Below are positions 38,654 to 47,964 of a stretch of DNA of 64,000 nucleotides, piece after piece. A program made the translations under genes and the position numbers. The notes under the pieces were generated by a model. The model was not told where the DNA came from. It did no database searches and saw only the letters and a list, made by a program, of their open reading frames with translations. Origin of the DNA: Oleiphilaceae bacterium. GTDB lineage: Bacteria; Pseudomonadota; Gammaproteobacteria; Pseudomonadales; Oleiphilaceae. How positions within the stretch are numbered: position 1 is the stretch's first letter; each line of letters begins with the position of its first letter. The stretch covers positions 5,669-69,668 of the forward strand of contig JAGXLV010000004.1 of NCBI GenBank assembly GCA_018334495.1. The letters run 5' to 3'.

Positions 38654-38959
38654 TTAGCCTTTGCCTCTGTGAGTCGGCACACGCATCTCGGTTTTTTCGT
38701 CTTCGTTCATTCCCACCATTTCCTCATAGCCGCCCGGCGGAAGCACATCGGTCTGGGTAATGGGGAAAGCGCTCAGCGCCTCTTCCGCAGCGGCAACCCC
38801 GGTGTAAAGCAGTGGCTCGCCGTGTTTGTCCGTCAGAATTTTCTGGGCCCCGTCCACATGCAGTCTTGCCAGGTAATAGCGACCCTCCACCGAGACCAGT
38901 TCGACCAGTCCAATGGTTGGATCTGATCGTGATTTCAGTTCCTTGAGTGTTATTTTCAT
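38654..38959 (-). CDS. DUF6482 family protein
   Basis: SVEGRYYLAR and YEEMVG motifs; size typical of the family. Confidence 0.65.
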   Translation of the reverse strand: MKITLKELKSRSDPTIGLVELVSVEGRYYLARLHVDGAQKILTDKHGEPLLYTGVAAAEEALSAFPITQTDVLPPGGYEEMVGMNEDEKTEMRVPTHRGKG

Positions 38960-39251
38960 CCTGGAGTCCTCTTGTCGTTGGCCTTTCGGGTTTGGTTGCA
39001 GGGGGTACTGTTGGTCATCTGCAAAGCCTGGTTGGGTCTGAAATAGGATTTGGGCGTGCCAGTTGCGATTATTTCGACAACCACGCTAAGAGTAACGTAG
39101 CCAAAGATTATGCGCACTGCCGAGTTGATTGGATCAGTATTGGCCGCAAACAGACGCTTAATGATGACCCAACCGGTTTTCGGTGGGCGAGTCGGCCTGA
39201 AGTATAGGCATGGCGGCACCCATATGCCTGATAAATGGGGGCGGTTCTGGA

Positions 39252-39794
39252 TCAGACACTACAATCGGCCTCATGACTGCGGACAAAGGTGTCGCCCACA
39301 TCTATACCCTCAGCGGCAAAAAATCCGCGATTCATTTCCAGGGCCTTGTTAAAGGAAACCCCGGCGGGGTATTTCGGACACTCGTGGGCGCCGGCGGTGC
39401 AGGGAGTCATGGCGTTGATCGCCAGTATCTGGTCGTTCGGCCCAATATAGGCAATATCCAGAGGCAGGTGGGTCCGGTACATCCAGAAGGCAGTGGAGGG
39501 TGGCTGGAGTCGGTCATAAACAAACAGCATGCCGTCATGAGTTCCGAGGTTTTTGCGCCCCATTAAACCCTGCTGGCGCTTCGCCGGCGAATCGGCCACT
39601 TCAATATCAATCACGACTTTGACCGAATCGCCAACCAGGCAGGCGTGTTCCGGGGGTGTTGTCTTCTCGACGTCGGCTTCCGCCGTGACGGAAATGACCA
39701 ACAGGTAAAATGCTATCAGAAGACAACTCACCGGCCACCTGTGGCTGTCGACAGAAATCTTTCGGTAAAAACAATTTACCATTGTCTCGCTCAT
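39252..39794 (-). CDS. DUF192 family protein
   Basis: [37 protein letters not shown] and ALEMNRG motifs; the ATG at 39794 overlaps the permease stop. Confidence 0.88.
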   Translation of the reverse strand: MSETMVNCFYRKISVDSHRWPVSCLLIAFYLLVISVTAEADVEKTTPPEHACLVGDSVKVVIDIEVADSPAKRQQGLMGRKNLGTHDGMLFVYDRLQPPSTAFWMYRTHLPLDIAYIGPNDQILAINAMTPCTAGAHECPKYPAGVSFNKALEMNRGFFAAEGIDVGDTFVRSHEADCSV

Positions 39795-40552
39795 GACCGC
39801 AGCCGGTACCCGGTTTTGAAAATCCACCAGATGGTGGTCATGCAGGCAAGCAGGAAAAACACGATCATGGCGACGCTGACGCCAATATGAATATCGGAAA
39901 CGCCATAGAAGGCCCACCGGAAGCCGCTGATCAGGTAAACCACCGGGTTGAGCAGGGTAATTTTCTGCCAGATATCCGGTAGCATATCGATAGAATAGAA
40001 GGTGCCGCCCAGGAAGACCAGAGGCGTGACAATCATCAAGGGTATGACTTGCAGCTTTTCGAAACCGTCCGCCCAGATGCCGATAATAAAGCCGAACAGA
40101 CTGAAAGTTATCGCGGTGAGTACCAGGAAGGCCAGCATCCAGAAGGGGTGCATGACCTCGTAGGGCACGAACAGGCGGGCGGTTAGAAGAATGATGATGC
40201 CCAGCATGGTGGATTTTGTGGCCGCGGCGCCGACATAACCGATAACCACCTCCAGGTAGGACACAGGAGCGGACAGCACTTCGTAGATCGTGCCGGAAAA
40301 CTTGGGCATATAGATGCCAAATGAGGCGTTGGAAATGCTTTGCATCAGCAGAGACAGCATGACCAGGCCGGGAATAATGAAAGCCCCGTAACTGATGCCG
40401 TCGATATCGCCCATGCGGGAACCGATCGCCGAGCCGAAGACGACAAAATAGAGTGTGGTTGAGATGACCGGAGAGGCCACACTCTGCATGAGGGTGCGCC
40501 ACATGCGGGCCATTTCGAACTTGTAGATTGCGCGTATGCCGTAAATATTCAT
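39791..40552 (-). CDS. ABC-2 type permease (YadH-like)
   Basis: Six TM segments with [16 protein letters not shown] and [13 protein letters not shown]. Confidence 0.9.
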   Translation of the reverse strand: MNIYGIRAIYKFEMARMWRTLMQSVASPVISTTLYFVVFGSAIGSRMGDIDGISYGAFIIPGLVMLSLLMQSISNASFGIYMPKFSGTIYEVLSAPVSYLEVVIGYVGAAATKSTMLGIIILLTARLFVPYEVMHPFWMLAFLVLTAITFSLFGFIIGIWADGFEKLQVIPLMIVTPLVFLGGTFYSIDMLPDIWQKITLLNPVVYLISGFRWAFYGVSDIHIGVSVAMIVFFLLACMTTIWWIFKTGYRLRS

Positions 40553-41478
40553 GATTTGTTCTCGTTGACCAGGTCCACGAAAATATCCTCCAGGGAGCTT
40601 TCCCGCGTCTGGATGTCGCGGAAGTCGATGCCCTGTTCGCCCAGATGACGCAACAGGCGCGCGACGCCGGCTTGTTCCCTCTGGGCATCGAAGGTATAGA
40701 CCAACTCATAGCCGTTGACCGAAAGTTCCAGCGGTTCGTCCCTGAGGCTTTCCGGCACACTGGCGAGGGGGTGCTGAAGGTGCAAGCGGAGCTCTTTGTT
40801 GCCGAGCTTGGCCATCAGCCGCTCCTTGTCCTCGACCAGGATGATCTCGCCGTCCCGAATCACACCGATGCGGTCAGCCATCTCCTCGGCTTCTTCGATG
40901 TAATGGGTGGTCAGAATAATGGTGACGCCGTTATCCCGCAGCTTGCGCACCATGGCCCACATGTCTTTCCTGAGTTCCACGTCGACGCCGGCGGTGGGTT
41001 CGTCAAGAAACAGGATTTGCGGCTCGTGGGAAAGTGCCTTGGCGATCATGACCCGTCGTTTCATGCCGCCGGACAGCGACATGATGCGGTTATTGCGTTT
41101 GTCCCAGAGCGAAAGATCCTTCAGAACCTTTTCTATGTGGGCGGGGTTCGGTGGTTTGCCGAACAGGCCACGGCTGAACGATACGGTGTTCCAGACCTTT
41201 TCAAAGGAGTCGGTACTGAGCTCCTGCGGCACCAGGCCAATGGCTTTGCGTGCCCCCCGGTAATCTTTGATGACGTCGTGCCCTGCCGCCAATACGCGGC
41301 CTTCACTGATATTGACGATACCGCAGATCATGCTGATCAGGGTGGTTTTGCCGGCGCCATTGGGGCCGAGAAGCGCAAAGATCTCACCCTTCTGGATATC
41401 CAGATTGATGTTTTTGAGGGCGTGAAACCCGCCTTCGTAGATCTTGCTTACCTGTTGAATGGAAATGTCCGGTTGCAA
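40549..41478 (-). CDS. ABC transporter ATP-binding protein (YadG-like)
   Basis: [25 protein letters not shown] and TTHYIEEAE motifs; TTG start. Confidence 0.92.
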   Translation of the reverse strand: MQPDISIQQVSKIYEGGFHALKNINLDIQKGEIFALLGPNGAGKTTLISMICGIVNISEGRVLAAGHDVIKDYRGARKAIGLVPQELSTDSFEKVWNTVSFSRGLFGKPPNPAHIEKVLKDLSLWDKRNNRIMSLSGGMKRRVMIAKALSHEPQILFLDEPTAGVDVELRKDMWAMVRKLRDNGVTIILTTHYIEEAEEMADRIGVIRDGEIILVEDKERLMAKLGNKELRLHLQHPLASVPESLRDEPLELSVNGYELVYTFDAQREQAGVARLLRHLGEQGIDFRDIQTRESSLEDIFVDLVNENKS

Positions 41479-41514
41479 ACTCGTTTCCTATTTAAAAGTG
41501 TCAAAATCCGGCTG

Positions 41515-42981
41515 CTAGCAGGTCGGCATGGTCTGTAGAGCCAGTTTGCGTCTGATAAAACGCGAAAGGGCATCGATGCCGATGTTCAGCATTGCCGTGA
41601 TAAGAATCAGGATCATTGCCCGGTCAAACCGGATATCCTGAATCGCACTGTCGATGTAGAAGCCCAGCGTGGCGATGCCCAGAATCCCCAGAATCGCCGT
41701 TTCGCGCATGATGATTTCCCATCGGTAGAACAGAAACGCAAGAAAGGAGCGGTAAACTCTCGGCGTCAGTTCGTAGGAATAACGGTTCAGGCCTACTGGC
41801 GCATCGGCCCGTAATTTAATGCCACTGCTCTGACGGCCGATCAGATGCCCGATAATGCCGCCGTTATGAAGGGCCAGGGCCACCGCTGCCGGCAACATGG
41901 AGGGGCCCCACAACTGCAAAAGGATATAGGCGAGGATGTATTCCGGCGTCGACCGCGCGACCACCAGAAACACATTGCCGAAGATACGCCGAATCGGCCC
42001 GCCAAAATGTGTGGATATCAGGGGAAATGCGGCCAGTGCGATCAGACCGGTGGTCACCAGGGCGATCTGGGTCAGGATAAGGGTATTCCAGATTCCCGGC
42101 AGCGCCGAATGCACCATGAGATCACCAAACCAGCTCATGAGGCTGCCAAAACCTTCACTGTTTCGAATCGGGCTCGGAACTATGTCTTCGGTAAAGAAGC
42201 GGGTGACATTGCCCCAGACAATAGGCATACCGTCCCCCAGGAAAAACGGCGCCGACAGAACATAGACTGGCAAAAGTTTGGGCCGGACCCAGATCGGTAT
42301 GGTGGCAATGAGCACATAAAATACCAGTAAAAGCGCGCCAGCCTCGGAATAGTGTGTCTGCGAAAATGCACTCTCAAGATAAAAGCCCATGGTGGGCAAG
42401 CCGACAAAGCCCAGGATGGCGCTGGAGCGCAGGCCGCACTCCAGCCGATAGGATGTATAAGTGCGTAGCTGTAGCCAGCAGTCCGGTACGCGGGCGAAGA
42501 AGAACGCCGATACGATACCCGTGCCGAACGGCAACAGCTTCCGGGGTTCCGGGTCGGCCTCGTCCAGAATTTCCGAATACACTTTGGCAAAAATACCGGC
42601 GTAGGGAATGGCAATGGCCAGGACGCCCGTTAATGGATGGAAGCCGAAAAATTGCAGAAAAATGAGCGCCCAGAAAAGCTCGTGAATAGCGCGAATGAAG
42701 GCGCAGAAAAGCCGCACGGCACGAAAACGGTAAACCAGTGACAGCAGAAAACCACTAAGACTGCCGAGCGCAACGCCGGTAAAGGCAAAGGCCACTGTGC
42801 GAAGCACGGCGGTATACAGGCCTTCAATACTCAGGAAATCGGGCGTCACCATGCCCATGAAAAAGCGCCCGAGATCAAGCCAGGGATTGGTTGCAGTTAT
42901 TGCCATATCGGCGAACAGGAGGCAGCCGAACGCTATGGCGATAAACAGGAAGCTGACACGGACAGTGGGGGACGAAGGCAT
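41515..42981 (-). CDS. PhnE/PtxC-like double-domain ABC permease (putative selenate uptake)
   Basis: RAIHEL.WAL, AIAIPYAG.FAKVYSEILDE, ECGLRSSAILG and WEIIMRETAILG motifs; true start at the ATG at 42981. Confidence 0.85.
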   Translation of the reverse strand: MPSSPTVRVSFLFIAIAFGCLLFADMAITATNPWLDLGRFFMGMVTPDFLSIEGLYTAVLRTVAFAFTGVALGSLSGFLLSLVYRFRAVRLFCAFIRAIHELFWALIFLQFFGFHPLTGVLAIAIPYAGIFAKVYSEILDEADPEPRKLLPFGTGIVSAFFFARVPDCWLQLRTYTSYRLECGLRSSAILGFVGLPTMGFYLESAFSQTHYSEAGALLLVFYVLIATIPIWVRPKLLPVYVLSAPFFLGDGMPIVWGNVTRFFTEDIVPSPIRNSEGFGSLMSWFGDLMVHSALPGIWNTLILTQIALVTTGLIALAAFPLISTHFGGPIRRIFGNVFLVVARSTPEYILAYILLQLWGPSMLPAAVALALHNGGIIGHLIGRQSSGIKLRADAPVGLNRYSYELTPRVYRSFLAFLFYRWEIIMRETAILGILGIATLGFYIDSAIQDIRFDRAMILILITAMLNIGIDALSRFIRRKLALQTMPTC

Positions 42982-42988
42982 GGTTCGC

Positions 42989-43642
42989 TCAGTACAGCGG
43001 TAGAATGTCGGTCTCGGACAGGCGCTCGCTGGGCTCATCGAGTGCCACCTGGCCATCGAGAATACCGACGATGCGATCACTGTATCTGAGCGCCAGTTCG
43101 ACATCGTGCAAGGCGATAACGGAGGTGCCAAAGGATTCCCGCAAAAGCCCCATGACGACATGGGCGAGAGGACCGTCCAGAGCCGATACTGGCTCATCGG
43201 CCAACAACACGGGCGCGCGACTGTAGATCCCCCGGGCGATGGCTGTGCGCTGGCGCTGGCCCCCGGAAAGACTCGCCACTGGCGACCACTGTTTTTCACC
43301 AATGCCAAGCTGGCCCAGCAATGGCTCTATTTCGTCACGGTCCCGCTTGAACGGCTTTACCAGGGTGGCCAGGTTGTACCAGCTCGAACGCTCGTTGAGC
43401 CGGCCCATGAAAACGTTATGAAATACAGATAACGACTGCACCAGCCCGAGTTCCTGGGGAACATAGGCCACCGGGCCCAAGGCCTCCTGGTACAACAGAC
43501 GTATCAGGGTCGACTTGCCCGCACCGCTTTTCCCGACCAGAGCAATGCGCTCACCTGGCTCAACCGAAAGGGAAAGGGGCCCAAGGACCCGCTTCCCGCC
43601 AAAGGAGGCCGTAATGCCATAAAGCTGTAGTGCTGTCATCAA
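42989..43642 (-). CDS. PhnC-like ABC ATP-binding protein
   Basis: GKSGAGKS, LSGGQRQR and LLADEP motifs. Confidence 0.9.
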   Translation of the reverse strand: MMTALQLYGITASFGGKRVLGPLSLSVEPGERIALVGKSGAGKSTLIRLLYQEALGPVAYVPQELGLVQSLSVFHNVFMGRLNERSSWYNLATLVKPFKRDRDEIEPLLGQLGIGEKQWSPVASLSGGQRQRTAIARGIYSRAPVLLADEPVSALDGPLAHVVMGLLRESFGTSVIALHDVELALRYSDRIVGILDGQVALDEPSERLSETDILPLY

Positions 43643-44511
43643 TCCAGAATTCCTACTTCTTCACCGACCTTCTGGATGGGCTCGTAATCGTCGTTGGACG
43701 CGGGGATGAAGGATGAGCGCGGAAAGCTGTTCAGCAGTTCCTTGTCCTCAAGGTTCAGCAGCGCATCGGTGACGCGTTGTTTGAAGCCTTCACCGAACCG
43801 GTCATCGACACCGGCGCGGATGGTCCACTGGTAATTGGGGTAGGGCGGAGTCGTCCAGATGATACTGACCTCGTCGGTATCGATGTTGTCGTTCGCCAAC
43901 TCCTTCTCCCAGACTTTGAAATTAATGGCCCCGGTTTCATAGGTGCCGGACTCCACGAGCCTCAACGTACGTGTATGGTTACCGCTGTACCCGACGCGTG
44001 AAAAGACGTCATCAGGCGACTCGCCAAAAGCCTCGCGAATATGGAATTCCGGCATCAGGCGGCCGGATGTGGAGCCCTTGGAGCCGAAGGTGAAGGTTTT
44101 ACCCCGCAATTCTTCGGAGAGCTCATCCATGGGTTCCAGACTGGTGCTTTTGTGAGCGATGAAATGGGACACAAAATTAGAGGCGTCTTCGGTACCCTGG
44201 GCGATGGCTTCGGAACCCGGCACCAGGTTTCGTGCCTGAACGCCGGACAGACCGCCAAACCAGGCCAGCTGAACCTGGTTGTTGCGGAACGCCGAGATGG
44301 CCGCAGCGTAGGATTTCACCGGAATGTAGCGCACCTCCACGTCCAGCTCCTCTGAAAGGTAGTCCGCCATGCCACGGAAACGTTCGATCAGCTTGGTTTC
44401 ATCTTCGTCCGGAATCGCCGTGAAAATGAAAGTTTCCGCTGCGAGGGGCATACTGGCCAGGGTCACGGCGCCCAGTGCGCCAATCATGCTTTTTTTCAAT
44501 TTGGTAAACAT
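43639..44511 (-). CDS. Putative selenate ABC transporter substrate-binding protein (PhnD-like)
   Basis: Signal peptide; FTAIPD, AWFGGLSGVQAR and FGSKGSTSGRLMP match the family usually found beside selD/senB. Confidence 0.82.
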   Translation of the reverse strand: MFTKLKKSMIGALGAVTLASMPLAAETFIFTAIPDEDETKLIERFRGMADYLSEELDVEVRYIPVKSYAAAISAFRNNQVQLAWFGGLSGVQARNLVPGSEAIAQGTEDASNFVSHFIAHKSTSLEPMDELSEELRGKTFTFGSKGSTSGRLMPEFHIREAFGESPDDVFSRVGYSGNHTRTLRLVESGTYETGAINFKVWEKELANDNIDTDEVSIIWTTPPYPNYQWTIRAGVDDRFGEGFKQRVTDALLNLEDKELLNSFPRSSFIPASNDDYEPIQKVGEEVGILD

Positions 44512-44743
44512 CGTGCTTTCTCTCGTTCCGTTGGTGCCAAGGGCACATGGATTTTGAATCGCCGGGGAGGGGCGATCCTTGCTTTAAAGATCGGTCCCCT
44601 AGGATACTCGCTCTGGCATCAAGCGTTAACCTTTACGCCAGGGCTTTTCGTTTGGTTCGTTTTTTTACACACTATTTGCAATAACCCTAGGCAAAAGCCC
44701 GGCTTACAGTGGCGGAGCCGATCAAAGTGAGCAAGCAACATTT

Positions 44744-45733
44744 ATGAAACTGATCCTGATGACGCCTGCACCGCCAGGCTCCAAAGCCGGAAACAGAGCC
44801 ACAGCGGAACGCTGGGCAGCCCTGTTGCACGAGGCCGGCCACGACATTGATATTCTTACCGAATATCACGGTCAGGCGGCGGACGCCATGATCGCACTGC
44901 ACGCCTGGCGTAGCCACGATGCCATTATGGCCTTCCGCCAGGAACACCCGAAGGCGCCGATGATTACGGTTCTGGCCGGCACCGACGTGTACCGTTTTCA
45001 GCACAGCCATCCGGACGAAACCCTGGCGTCCATGGCAGCCAGTCATGTTCTGATCGGGCTTCACCGGGAGGTTGCACAGGATATTCCCGCCAGACTCCAC
45101 GACCGGCTGGCCATCGTGCTGCAATCTGCCGACGTTCCCCCGCGTGATTTACCGGCGGCAAGAAAAGATAACCGGTACTTTGATGTCTGTGTCATCGGTC
45201 ACTTGCGCGAAGAAAAAGACCCGCTGCGCGCGGCCTACGCTTCTCGGTTGTTGCCCACCGACTCGAACATTCGCATCCTCCAGGCAGGCAAGGCCCATAA
45301 CGAAGACTGGTCCGAGGCTGCCCGATGTGAAGAACGGGAAAATTCCCGTTACCAATGGCTGGGCGAACTCGGTAAAGAGGCCACCCAGGCATTGATGATT
45401 CAGTCAGACGCCATGGTCATCAGCTCGGTGATGGAGGGTGGCGCCAATGTCGTTTCCGAAGCCTGCCGCGCTGGCCTGCCGGTCATCGCCTCGGATATCG
45501 CCGGCAATCGTGGGCTGCTTGGCAAGCAATATCCCGGATACTTCGCCGTCCGCAACGATGCCGCTCTCGCCCATTTGCTGTTGCGTGCCGAAACCGAATC
45601 GGATTTCCTGCAGGCACTGCGTCGGCACGTTGAAAGCGAAGCGGCCAATTTCACCCCCGCCATGGAGCAAAAAGCCCTGTTGGCGGCGCTGAATCAGGCC
45701 TTCAGAACAATTGGTTCAATCGCTTCGCCCTGA
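44744..45733 (+). CDS. senB: Selenosugar synthase SenB (selenoneine-pathway glycosyltransferase)
   Basis: GNRATAERWA, MIALHAWRSH, VLAGTDVY, GHLREEKDP, SSVMEGGANV.SEA and YPGYF motifs; adjacent to selD. Confidence 0.85.
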   Translation: MKLILMTPAPPGSKAGNRATAERWAALLHEAGHDIDILTEYHGQAADAMIALHAWRSHDAIMAFRQEHPKAPMITVLAGTDVYRFQHSHPDETLASMAASHVLIGLHREVAQDIPARLHDRLAIVLQSADVPPRDLPAARKDNRYFDVCVIGHLREEKDPLRAAYASRLLPTDSNIRILQAGKAHNEDWSEAARCEERENSRYQWLGELGKEATQALMIQSDAMVISSVMEGGANVVSEACRAGLPVIASDIAGNRGLLGKQYPGYFAVRNDAALAHLLLRAETESDFLQALRRHVESEAANFTPAMEQKALLAALNQAFRTIGSIASP

Positions 45734-47964
45734 GGCAGAATGCGGCCAATGATCGCGGTCTCCGGGTAACCCAGCGCCTTGAGTTCCGCAACACAGGCGT
45801 CAGCCTTGTCCGCCGGTATGCTGGCCAGCAGGCCGCCCGCTGTCTGCGGGTCGAATATCAGCGGATAGCGTTCGTTATTGATCCATTCATCCTGGTTACG
45901 TATGCCGCGGCGAAGGCGTATGTTCGCGGGCTGAAGCGAGCTCAGGATGCCTGCCGCCGCCGTTTCCTCGGCACCCGGAAGAATCGGAATGGACGACAGC
46001 GAGAGCTCGGCGTCAACGCCGGAGGGCCGCGTCATCTCCACAAGGTGCCCAAGCAGGCCAAAGCCCGTGACGTCGGTACAGGCGCGCGAACCAAAACGGC
46101 TCAGGCACTCCGCAGCCGTCTTGTTGGACTGCATCATGGATTCCAGCGCCGAATCGATCCAGCGGCCCCGAGCCTTTAGCTGGGCGTGAGCAGCGAAGAG
46201 CGTTCCGGTGCCGATGGGTTTGGTCAACAGCAGAACGTCACCCGCCACCAGACCGCCTTTGCTCATGACTTTGTCCGGATCAATGTAGCCATTGACGGCA
46301 AAGCCCAGGGCCAGCTCCCGACCCTCACCGGTATGGCCGCCCACCAGGGCGCAGCCCGCCTCATTGAGCACATCCACAGCACCGGACATCATCTGGAAGA
46401 CGATGTCCTCGACCTTGGATTCGATACCGTAGGGCACGGTCGCCACTGCCGTTGCGCTCTGCGCGTGAGCGCCCATGGCAAACACGTCCCCCAGGCTGTG
46501 ATTGGCAGCCACCCGGCCAAAAACATAAGGATCATCGATAAAGGCACGGAAAAAGTCCACGGTATGAACCACGGCCTTGCCTGGCGGAACCGTCAAAACC
46601 GCGGCGTCGTCGGGGGCGTGCAGGCCGACGAGAATGTCGTCGCGCTCGATGGGCTTAAGGTTGGCTAGGGCCCGGGACAGAACAGTACTGCCGACCTTGG
46701 CGCCGCAGCCGCCGCAACGCATGGCGACAGCGGAGATGGCCTGGGCGGCTTCCTCGGGGTTCTGGGCGGCGGAAGTGTCGGGCAGGTTGCCTGTATCTGC
46801 CATTGCCGGGAGGTCGTTGAACTTCGACATGAATTGATGATCAATCCAGTCTTTCCAGTGCCACACCAGTTTGCCTGCGATGGCGAAGTCACCTCTTGAT
46901 GCGACCGCGAATTTGTCGCCGGTGCTGATCAGTGCCAGCCATTTTTTCTGGGGCTTGAACGGCTTTGCTTTGCGGCCCGTGGCGACACGTTTGAGATTGT
47001 CAGCCAGAGGACGGCCCTGGCGTACTGCAAACACGCCGGCTTTTTCGCGCGGGTGGTCGATCACATTGGCGATATCCCCCGCGGCAAAAATCCTGTCGTC
47101 GGTTTCCGTTTGCAGGGTGTCTCTAGTCAGAATAAAACCGTCGTCATCCAGCGCCAGCCCTGTTTTCTGGAGCCATTCCGGACCGCCGGCCCGGGTTACC
47201 CAAAGCACTTCGTCTGCATCCAGAATTTCGCCTGACTCGGTGGTTAACCGCTGCGCGTCAACATGGGTAACGGGCGCTCCCAGGTGAAGTCGGACCCCTC
47301 GTTCATGGAGCGTTTTTTCGAATTGCTGGCGAACCTTGTCGTTATGGGTTGGAAGCAGCTGGGGTGCGGCGTCGAACAAGTGGAAAGACAGCCTGCCCGG
47401 ATCGCCACCACGCTTGCTGATCTCCTCCCGCAGACGGTGCTGCATGGCCAGAGTCAGCTCCACACCGCCGGCACCAGCACCAACAACGGCCACAGTCATC
47501 GGGCCCTGATGATTCTCCAGCCTGGATAACAGCGCTACCCAACGGTCATTGAACCCCTGAATGGGCTTGACCGGTACGGCGTGATCCCGGGCGCCCGGCA
47601 CGTCCTGGACACGCGGGGCGGAGCCGATGTTGATGGACAGAAGATCGTAAGGCACCGAGGGCCGGTTCCGGCAATCCACCCGTTGCTCCGACCGGTTGAT
47701 CGCAACGGCTTCGTCGCGGTAGAAACGGGCACCAGCGAACTCCGCCAGTCGGCTGAGATCAATGTGAACTTCGTCATAACTGTAATGCCCGGCCACATAG
47801 CCGGGCAGCATGCCGGAGTAGGGCGTATGGGTATCCCGGCAGATCAGGGTCAGGCGCACGCCGAGCACGGGATTCATGGCAAAGCGTTTGAGAACACCTA
47901 CGTGACTGTGGCCTCCGCCAATGAGGACAATGTCACGTAGGACTGGCTGTTCGGATGTCTGCAT
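45694..47964 (-). CDS. selD: Selenide,water dikinase fused to an N-terminal FAD/pyridine-nucleotide oxidoreductase domain
   Basis: N-terminal GGGHSH, YSGMLPG and KAGVFAVRQG; C-terminal MRCGGCGAKV, DDAAV, TVDFF, TDVTGFGLLGH and DPQTAGGLL. Confidence 0.92.
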   Translation of the reverse strand: MQTSEQPVLRDIVLIGGGHSHVGVLKRFAMNPVLGVRLTLICRDTHTPYSGMLPGYVAGHYSYDEVHIDLSRLAEFAGARFYRDEAVAINRSEQRVDCRNRPSVPYDLLSINIGSAPRVQDVPGARDHAVPVKPIQGFNDRWVALLSRLENHQGPMTVAVVGAGAGGVELTLAMQHRLREEISKRGGDPGRLSFHLFDAAPQLLPTHNDKVRQQFEKTLHERGVRLHLGAPVTHVDAQRLTTESGEILDADEVLWVTRAGGPEWLQKTGLALDDDGFILTRDTLQTETDDRIFAAGDIANVIDHPREKAGVFAVRQGRPLADNLKRVATGRKAKPFKPQKKWLALISTGDKFAVASRGDFAIAGKLVWHWKDWIDHQFMSKFNDLPAMADTGNLPDTSAAQNPEEAAQAISAVAMRCGGCGAKVGSTVLSRALANLKPIERDDILVGLHAPDDAAVLTVPPGKAVVHTVDFFRAFIDDPYVFGRVAANHSLGDVFAMGAHAQSATAVATVPYGIESKVEDIVFQMMSGAVDVLNEAGCALVGGHTGEGRELALGFAVNGYIDPDKVMSKGGLVAGDVLLLTKPIGTGTLFAAHAQLKARGRWIDSALESMMQSNKTAAECLSRFGSRACTDVTGFGLLGHLVEMTRPSGVDAELSLSSIPILPGAEETAAAGILSSLQPANIRLRRGIRNQDEWINNERYPLIFDPQTAGGLLASIPADKADACVAELKALGYPETAIIGRILPQGEAIEPIVLKA

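Noticed and set aside
38956-39219. 87-aa ORF between DUF192 and DUF6482
   Set aside because: No recognisable motif or RBS, so it is probably intergenic.
39252-40760. 502-aa ORF from the track
   Set aside because: Artefact: the real DUF192 gene starts at 39794, and the upstream part is an off-frame read through the ABC permease and ATPase.
41515-43308. 597-aa permease ORF from the track
   Set aside because: The N-terminal 109 codons overlap the ATPase gene in another frame; the true start is 42981.
44568-44641. Moco/tungsten-cofactor riboswitch
   Set aside because: It has a superficial CCTAGGG...CCTCCC resemblance only; the other conserved elements and the multi-stem architecture are not evident.
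45694-47964. Selenocysteine (UGA) recoding in SelD or neighbouring genes
   Set aside because: The SelD active site is encoded as Cys (CGGC) in an uninterrupted frame, and I saw no split ORF near the Se locus that needs UGA read-through.
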